Below are positions 57,739 to 64,000 of a DNA stretch of 64,000 nt, piece by piece. Made by a program: the position numbers and the translations under genes. The notes under the pieces are model-generated. The model had not been told where the DNA came from, made no database searches, and saw only the letters and a program-made list of their open reading frames with translations. The stretch is taken from assembly GCA_963718235.1 (NCBI GenBank), contig CAVQYR010000001.1, positions 1,216,001 to 1,280,000 of the forward strand, in the 5' to 3' direction. Position 1 is the first letter of the stretch. Each line of letters opens with the position of its first letter. The DNA is from an uncultured Actinomycetota bacterium. Lineage in GTDB: Bacteria; Actinomycetota; Actinomycetes; JAHEKZ01.

Positions 57739-57927
57739 GCGGGATTCGACTGCTCAGACATGGTGCAGTTCCTCGACCTGGTGAGCAGACAGGATTGGGG
57801 TGTATGCGAACGTGTCCAGCGAGGGGCCTCTTCTCCCGGATTCGACCGAGGCGTCTATCCACCCCAGGATGCCCTGCTGCACCGGTTCGCCGAGCGCTAT
57901 CTCAGATGCCGCGGACCACTGCCTTGA
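57739..57927 (+). pseudogene. Rieske oxygenase alpha-subunit C-terminal remnant
   Basis: GFDCSDMVQFLDLVSRQDWGVCERVQRGASSPGFDRG...LHRF; no Rieske domain upstream. Confidence 0.75.
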
Positions 57928-58211
57928 GTGACCCTGCCAAGACTCCGGGATGGGTGGACTCTGGGCCGGTCCACCACGACAACGATCCTGAGCGCCACCC
58001 GTGGCCTTCCATGCAAACGGGTTGGACGTGGCGGACCCCCGTCTCATCCACCTTGCTGGAAGGTCGCCGAGCCAAGGCGACGCGACTCCTCGGCATTGCG
58101 AACGCAGGAGGGATGAGCCACCTTTCCCAGTGGTTGGGGCGGAGTCAGGGACGTCATCGCGAGCGACGTTGACCACGGCCGACGGACACCGACCGGTTCC
58201 CCAGCTCGGGT

Positions 58212-59160
58212 TCAGGTGAACGCGATGGGGTCCTGCGGCGAGCGGTCAACGGTCAGAGAGAACACGTCGGGGCGACCGTAGTGCCCGGCTACGTCCAGCG
58301 TGCGGTGCAGAGCGCTCGAGGCGTCAGCATGGAGGTCGGCGTAGATAATGCCGTACTCGTCCCGCAGCGGGCCAGCAACGATCTGCCCGTCCGGCGCGAC
58401 CACGACCGAGTCTCCAGAGTTGATCCACGTGTCTGGGTCGGTGAACACGGCGTCCTTCGATGGGAAGGTCGCGGGGATGTCGCGTGAGTTGAGGGCGCAG
58501 CCTGATCCGATCACCCAGCAGCGACCTTCAGCGGCGATGTGCCGCATCGACGACACCCAGGTATCGCCGTGATCCCAGGTGGAGGCAACGTAGATCTGGA
58601 CGCCCTCTGCGTACAGTGCGTACCTCGCCAGCGGCATGTAGTTCTCCCAGCAGATCAACCCGCCCAGCCGACCAAATGCCGTATCGACGACGCGCAGGCC
58701 TGAGGCGTCTCCTTGCCCCCAAACCATCCGCTCTGGATTGGTCGGGATCAGCTTGCGGTGCCGGTTCAGGACCGATCCATCGGCACCGACTGTGACCAGG
58801 GTGTTGTAGAGCGTCCCCCGGCTGAACGTTCCCTCCCGCTCGTGAATGCCACATACAACAACCACGCCGTGCTCGGCAGCGGCCATGCGAAGGGGCTGCA
58901 AGTCATCAGTCGTCAGGTCGACACTTGCCTCGAGCAACTTGGCATGGATGTCCTCAGTCAAGCTCATAGTCGTCGCCAGGCCGCAACGACCAGATCCAGG
59001 CGGGGTACCCCGGAATGAACGTCTCCGGAAACACGACCAACTTTGCACCGACAGCCGCGACCTCCGCGACGGCATCGACCGCCACGGCCATCGTGGCGCT
59101 CCGATCGAGCAGGATCGGCGGGCGCTGGACCACCGCTACCTTTGTCGAACCGTCAACCAT
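58212..59160 (-). pseudogene. Nitrilase (carbon-nitrogen hydrolase), +1 frameshift near 58961
   Basis: FPETFIPGYP (Glu) in one frame; HRKLIPT (Lys) and ICWENYMP (Cys) in the next; may be an assembly error. Confidence 0.88.
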
Positions 59161-59380
59161 GGCGGGGCCTTCCGTCGACGCACGTTCGGTGGGGCCAACC
59201 ATACTGTCGCTGTCCGAGGCAGCCTGAGCGGCGGCTGAAGGTTGGCAGCCAGGGCATACGCGGGAACGCACAACGGCCTGCGACATGCTCAAGGGAGTAC
59301 TCCAACTGCCAGCCTGGGCAGCAAGCCCCAGTCCGCAGCCGTCTGCTTGGAGTACCGGCGAAGGGAACTGAGAGGCGTGC

Positions 59381-60346
59381 TCACCGATCGAGTTGGGGTG
59401 CGGGAGCGCCGGCCTGGAGTTCGGTGACGATCTGGCTGAGCGCGTTCTCAGCGATGTGCTTGTTGAGCATGAACACCTTCGAGGCTGCACGTACTGTCGT
59501 TCGCGTCGTCCCCCCAGTGTCGGGGGTGAGCCACAGCGTGACGACCACGGGGCACCCGTTGAGGCGAACGCCGGCTTGCCACCAGCCCCGCAGAACGGTC
59601 TGCGGCCCAGACACCCAGTCACCCACAAGGACTGCGTCAGCCTGGGCCAAGGCCTCGCGGCCACGCTTGCCTGCTGTCTCCGAATCGACCGGAAGGACCA
59701 AGTCGGCTTGACGGACTACCGTCGGCAGACCGAGGAGCAGGCCCCCAGACCTACGGAGGAATCGGTAGCTGTGGGCGATGGCATGCTCCAGGACTGCTTC
59801 CTCGTCCTCCGACGGCGCCAAGACGCCGGGAGCCTCGATTGACCGCTTCAGCACCTGCTCGGTGTAGCCGGATCCCGCCCCTGGGCGCTTCCGGTCAGGA
59901 ATTGCCGCCAGGGCGCACATGAGCCCGGCAAAGCACAACAGGATGCAGAGCAGCGCGACCTCGCCGAAAACCCACTCAGGCAGGTCAGCGACCGACCGGA
60001 TGAGGGCCAGGATGAGGAACGCCACCCACCCTGACAGGAAGAGCACGAGTCCCACGACACCCCAGCGGACTGAGTGCGGGCCTAGCGCCATCCAGTCCTC
60101 GACCCGCCGCACAGCCACCACGACCAGAAGGAAGAAGACTGGCACACAGAGCATTGCCCACGATGTCGACTCGGGCCACGTCTCCGTGAGCCAGATCCCC
60201 ACCGACAAGACGACGAGCGCCCCGAGCCCCGCCAGGACTGCGCCCAAGAGCGCAGTGAGCGAGTCCGCCTTGGAGGAGGACGAGTATGCGGGACTCGAAG
60301 GCTCGTCAGTCCGGCGATCAGCCACCTCGGGCTTCGGGGTTGACAC
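59381..60346 (-). CDS. Hypothetical membrane protein (4 TM + soluble C-terminal domain)
   Basis: GGAGG RBS before GTG 60346; four hydrophobic segments; no recognised family. Confidence 0.65.
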   Translation of the reverse strand: MSTPKPEVADRRTDEPSSPAYSSSSKADSLTALLGAVLAGLGALVVLSVGIWLTETWPESTSWAMLCVPVFFLLVVVAVRRVEDWMALGPHSVRWGVVGLVLFLSGWVAFLILALIRSVADLPEWVFGEVALLCILLCFAGLMCALAAIPDRKRPGAGSGYTEQVLKRSIEAPGVLAPSEDEEAVLEHAIAHSYRFLRRSGGLLLGLPTVVRQADLVLPVDSETAGKRGREALAQADAVLVGDWVSGPQTVLRGWWQAGVRLNGCPVVVTLWLTPDTGGTTRTTVRAASKVFMLNKHIAENALSQIVTELQAGAPAPQLDR

Positions 60347-60598
60347 GACGACCACCTCCACCAAACTCAGTCTGTGCGGATCCTGCATGCGGCGGTAGAG
60401 ACCTTCGGCCATCACGGTCTGCCTCGGGCTCAGCGAACCCCCGACCTGGTCAGCTCGACCGACGCGACAGCCAGCTCGCAGCCGGTCAGCCGCGGACCTC
60501 GGGCCGAAGGCCTCTGACGAAGCCGGCGAGCAGCCCGCAGACTGGGACTTGAGAAGCCCTCGGCGTGGAGGGCTGGCAGGCGGAAGGCGGTGACTCCC

Positions 60599-60760
60599 AT
60601 GACGAGCCACCCGGATCTGCGAGAAGGCGACCCCAGGGTCCACGACTTGATCGCGCGCATCGACGAGGCGATCGACGAGGGTGACGAGGAGTTGGTCGAG
60701 AAGTTGAGCGTCGAGCTTCACGTGCTGGACCCGATGGCTGGAGCCGGGTCGGATACGTGA
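60599..60760 (+). CDS. Small acidic hypothetical protein (53 aa), not in ORF track
   Basis: MTSHPDLREGDPRVHDLIARIDEAIDEGDEELVEKLSVELHVLDPMAGAGSDT; host-like codon usage; GGAAGG upstream. Confidence 0.55.
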   Translation: MTSHPDLREGDPRVHDLIARIDEAIDEGDEELVEKLSVELHVLDPMAGAGSDT

Positions 60761-60789
60761 GGCTACGAGGGGACGGTGGACAATCCCTT

Positions 60790-61649
60790 ATGGGTGAGTC
60801 CGCTGGATCGGTCGTCGTCGGGGGACGCACGCTGCGAGTGACCAGCCCCGACCGCGTGGTGTATCCCGCGGACGGGGTCACCAAGGCCGCAGTCATCGGC
60901 TACTACGTGCACATGGCCGAGCGCATGCTGCCGCACCTGCGTCGGCGTCCCGTGACGCGGATCCGGTGGCCGGGTGGGGTCAACGAGCCGCGGTTCTTCG
61001 AGAAGCAGTTGCCCAAGGGGGCGCCGACCTGGATCGAGTCACTCGACCTGGTGCACTCGGACGGCACGGTCACCTACCCGTTCGCGCACGAGCCAGCCAC
61101 GCTCGCTTGGTTCGCGCAGCAGAACGCCCTCGAGCTGCACGTGCCCCAGTGGCGCTGGCACGGTGACGCGCCGCGCATCGACCGACTGGTGCTCGACCTC
61201 GATCCCGGGCCAGGAACGGGTCTCGCCGAGTGCGTGCAGATCGCGCTGTGGATGAAGGAGCGACTCGACGTCGACGGACTGGCGAGCGTTCCTGTCACGA
61301 GCGGGAGCAAGGGCATCCACGTCTACGCGCGCTGGAGCTCGTCGGGTCGTTCACAGACCACCAGCGAGTACGCAAAGGCGCTCGCGGACGACGCCGTCGC
61401 GACCTTCCCCAGGCTGGCCACGGCGTCCATGGCCAAGGTCGAGCGTGACGGCAAGGTGCTCATCGACTGGTCGCAGAACAACCCGTCGAAGACGACGATC
61501 ACGCCCTATTCGTTGCGTGGTCGAGCGCGGCCCTTCGTCGCCGTACCTAGACGATGGGACGAGGTCGAAGCCCAGGTCTGGACCAGTTGCTGATGGCGGA
61601 CGCGTTGGAACGCCTCGACGACCCCGATCCGCTCGAGGTGCTGCTCTAG
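60790..61649 (+). CDS. Stand-alone LigD polymerase (primase-polymerase) domain; -1 frameshift near 61572
   Basis: TSPDRVVYP, RWPGGV...FFEK, LVLDLDPG, TSGSKGIH, IDWSQN, PYSLR; tail PGLDQLLMADALERLDDPDPL in shifted frame. Confidence 0.88.
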
Positions 61650-61652
61650 CCC

Positions 61653-62649
61653 CTACGCGGTCTTGCGTCGCGATGGTGCCTTCTTCGTCGCCTTCTTGGC
61701 CACGGCCTTCTTCGTCGGGGCCTTGGTGGTCTTCTTGGCTGCGTTCTTCGCCGTCTTGGCCACGGTCTTCCTCGACGGCGTCTTGGTGGTCTTCTTGGTC
61801 GTGGTCTTGGCCGCCTTGGCGGCAGTCTTCTTCGCCGGTGCCGTGGTGGTCGTCTTCACGACCGGCTTCTTCTTCGCGGGCTTGTCCTCGGCCGCGGCAA
61901 CGCTCGCCCGCAGGGCGTCCATCAGGTCGATGACGTTCGACTGGGGTGCGGCCTCGACCGGTCGAGCGATCTCCTGCCCGGCAATCTTGGCGTCGACCAT
62001 CTCGCGGAGCACCTCGCGGTACTGGTCGTGGAACTGGCTCGGGTCGAAGCCTTCGTCGAAGGCGTTGACGAACATCGACGCCATGTCGAGCTCTTGCGGT
62101 CGGACGTCGACGTCGTCATCCATGAAGGAGAAGTGCGGCTTGCGAACCTCGTCGGGCCACAGCATCGTCTGGACGACCAGGACGCCGTCCTGAGCGCGGA
62201 TCGTGGCCAGCCGCTCGCGCTGGCGCAGCGCCAGCTTGACGATGGCCACCTTGTCGGTCGCGACCAACGAGTCGTGCAGCAGCACGTACGGCTTCGCGTC
62301 CCCGGTCGGCTCGGCGTAGTAGGCCTTGGACAGCGAGACCGGGTTGATCTCGTCCCGGTCGGCGAAGCTGACCACCTCGACGGACTTCGTGGAGGCGATG
62401 GGCAGGTTCGCGAGGTCCTTGTCGGTGAGGACCACCATGTTCTCGTCCTCGAGCTCGTAGCCCTTGGCGATCTGACCGTACGGGCACCTCCTCACCGTCG
62501 ACGGAGCAGAAGCGCTTGTACTTGATCCGCCCGCCGTCGGCCGCGTGCACCTGCCGCAGGGGGACGTCCTTCTCCTCGGTGGCCGAGACGAGGCGCACGG
62601 GGATCGAGACCAGGCCGAACGCGATCGAGCCCTTCCAGACGGTCTGCAT
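61653..62649 (-). pseudogene. ku: NHEJ protein Ku, +1 frameshift near 62483
   Basis: WKGSIAFGLVSIPV...DGGRIKY...GEEVP then YGQIAKGYE...WPDEVR...NVIDLMDALRAS and K/A/T-rich tail; may be an assembly error. Confidence 0.92.
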
Positions 62650-62835
62650 CAGGTGCTCCAGGGGTAGGGATGGGGCAGCAGCCATCCCATGATGGCCCAC
62701 TCCCCGGAGATTGGACCCGTTTCAGGCGTCTGACCCCGTTTCCGGGCCGACACGCCGGGCCATGTCCCGGATCCTGTCAGACCCTCGTGCCAGCGTGGAG
62801 GCCGTGGGGGATCGAAGCTACGAGGAGGACGTGCC

Positions 62836-63024
62836 ATGCCCGGGAGCGCCGAGACGGTCGAGTACTGGTGCCACGACTGCCGCGACGACCGCCCCTTCGA
62901 GGTGGTCCCTGGGGTCCACGACGCAGCGGCCCGTGAGTGGGCGTGCGTGACGTGCGGTGCGGCCTACATCGAGGCCTTTGACGTCGCGATGCAGATCGAG
63001 ACTGACGTCCGAGGTGTTGCCTAG
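62836..63024 (+). CDS. Small zinc-ribbon protein (62 aa)
   Basis: CHDC...CVTCG; GAGGAGG RBS. Confidence 0.75.
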   Translation: MPGSAETVEYWCHDCRDDRPFEVVPGVHDAAAREWACVTCGAAYIEAFDVAMQIETDVRGVA

Positions 63025-63046
63025 CCCGAGGGCGGTGTACCTGTCC

Positions 63047-63466
63047 TCACACGGTGACCTTGGGCCGCTGGGCCTCACCAGCCCGCTGCCCCGACTCGAG
63101 CACGGTGGACTTGGCGAGCAGGCTGTGGTGGATCGTGGCAATCAGCCACATCGCAACCATCGCTACCATCACCACGGTCAGCGCGTTCTGGCTCGATCCG
63201 ACCAGCATCACCACGCCCGCGATCAGAGCCACGAAGCCAAGCAGCGAGGTCACCGCCAAGTAGACCCTGTTGCCGTGCAGTAGCTGGCCGAAAGTGGGCA
63301 CGACCGCAGTGGCGGAGGCAGCGAAGCCCAGGGCGAGGATGACGGCACCCGCGACCCGGACACTGCTCATCGCCGTCGGCACGGTGTCAAGAAGCCACAG
63401 CAGATAGATCACCCCGGCGGCGGCTACCAAGCCGGTTGCGACGAGGTCTCGCTTCTGGAGGGTCAT
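63047..63466 (-). CDS. Hypothetical 4-TM membrane protein
   Basis: GGGAGG RBS; RDLVATGLV...W..AT..H; four hydrophobic segments. Confidence 0.75.
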   Translation of the reverse strand: MTLQKRDLVATGLVAAAGVIYLLWLLDTVPTAMSSVRVAGAVILALGFAASATAVVPTFGQLLHGNRVYLAVTSLLGFVALIAGVVMLVGSSQNALTVVMVAMVAMWLIATIHHSLLAKSTVLESGQRAGEAQRPKVTV

Positions 63467-63723
63467 GATCGTCCTCCCATCTCTCCCTGCCAGCACCGCA
63501 CCACCGCGAAGAGTGCGAAGCGCAGTTACCTCTGGCACCCTCAGCATCTGCCGGGCAGGCGGACGTTTGCCAGAGGCGTTGGCCCCGCTCTGACCGAGGC
63601 ATCGGAGGGGACGTGGCGAGCCGGTCAGGCGCGGAGGCCTGGCTCGGGAGGTCACGGGCTTTCGACTCTGGCGGAGTGTCGTGGCCAGCCGGAACATGGG
63701 GGTGAGGACCGAGGAGGTGTGTC

Positions 63724-64000
63724 ATGTCTGTGCCTACGCCGTTCCTGAAATCTGATGCGACGCCCGGCTACGAAAGCCCGCCGGTACAGGACCCAGACGC
63801 CGTCGAGCGCGCCCAGGCGCGTAAGCGTCTTCAGGACCGCCGCAAGATCGTCACCGACGTCGTCTCGTACGTGGTGATCAACGCATTCCTTGTCTTCGTC
63901 TGGCTCATGTCAGGCGGCGGCTACTTCTGGCCCGGGTGGGTGATGGCCGGTTGGGGCATCTTCCTCGTCCTGCACGTGTGGGAGGTCTTCTGGCGGCGCC
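63724..64000 (+). CDS. 2TM domain-containing protein (partial, runs off the window)
   Basis: GAGGAGG RBS; ARKRL...YVVINAFLVFVW...GYFWPGW...WG..L.LH. Confidence 0.8.
   Translation, partial: MSVPTPFLKSDATPGYESPPVQDPDAVERAQARKRLQDRRKIVTDVVSYVVINAFLVFVWLMSGGGYFWPGWVMAGWGIFLVLHVWEVFWRR

Noticed and set aside
57928-58211. Possible ncRNA or small ORF between the Rieske stub and the nitrilase
   Set aside because: Only short hairpins (GGTGGAC/GTCCACC); no recognisable RNA family or convincing ORF; probably decayed island DNA
61663-62193. Hydrophobic plus-strand ORF that looks like a membrane protein
   Set aside because: Antisense artefact of Ku's Lys/Ala/Thr-rich tail (AAG/ACC/GCC read as TTC/GTC/TTG)

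Overview
High-GC actinobacterial chromosome (class Actinomycetes by gene order; genus not determinable). About 57 kb is core backbone: obgE-proB-proA-nadD-LCP-rsfS-phosphatase-tRNA-Ala, leuS-degV-plsY-comEA-comEC-holA, rpsT/lepA, hemW, hrcA-dnaJ-rsmE-HIT-phoH-ybeY-CBS-cdd-like-era, leuA, recO-uppS, a zinc locus (permease pair, zur, smtB, znuABC), glyQS-dusB-ppdK-dgt and dnaG. After tRNA-Asn (57431-57503) an eroded genomic island begins: a tyrosine-integrase C-terminal stub joined back-to-back to a Rieske-oxygenase C-terminal stub, then a frameshifted nitrilase, LigD-polymerase/Ku, and small proteins. I read these regulatory signals directly: Leu-codon leader peptides before both leuS and leuA, a CIRCE, a Zur box, an SmtB operator and many leaderless promoters. 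I see no clear new multi-gene system, CRISPR array or intact mobile element. The best leads are two probable CTG-start genes, plsY next to degV (FakB), the related leuS/leuA leaders, five single-base frameshifts (assembly error vs real), the island deletion junction, and several short repeats. All annotation is by eye from motifs and synteny; no database searches were run.
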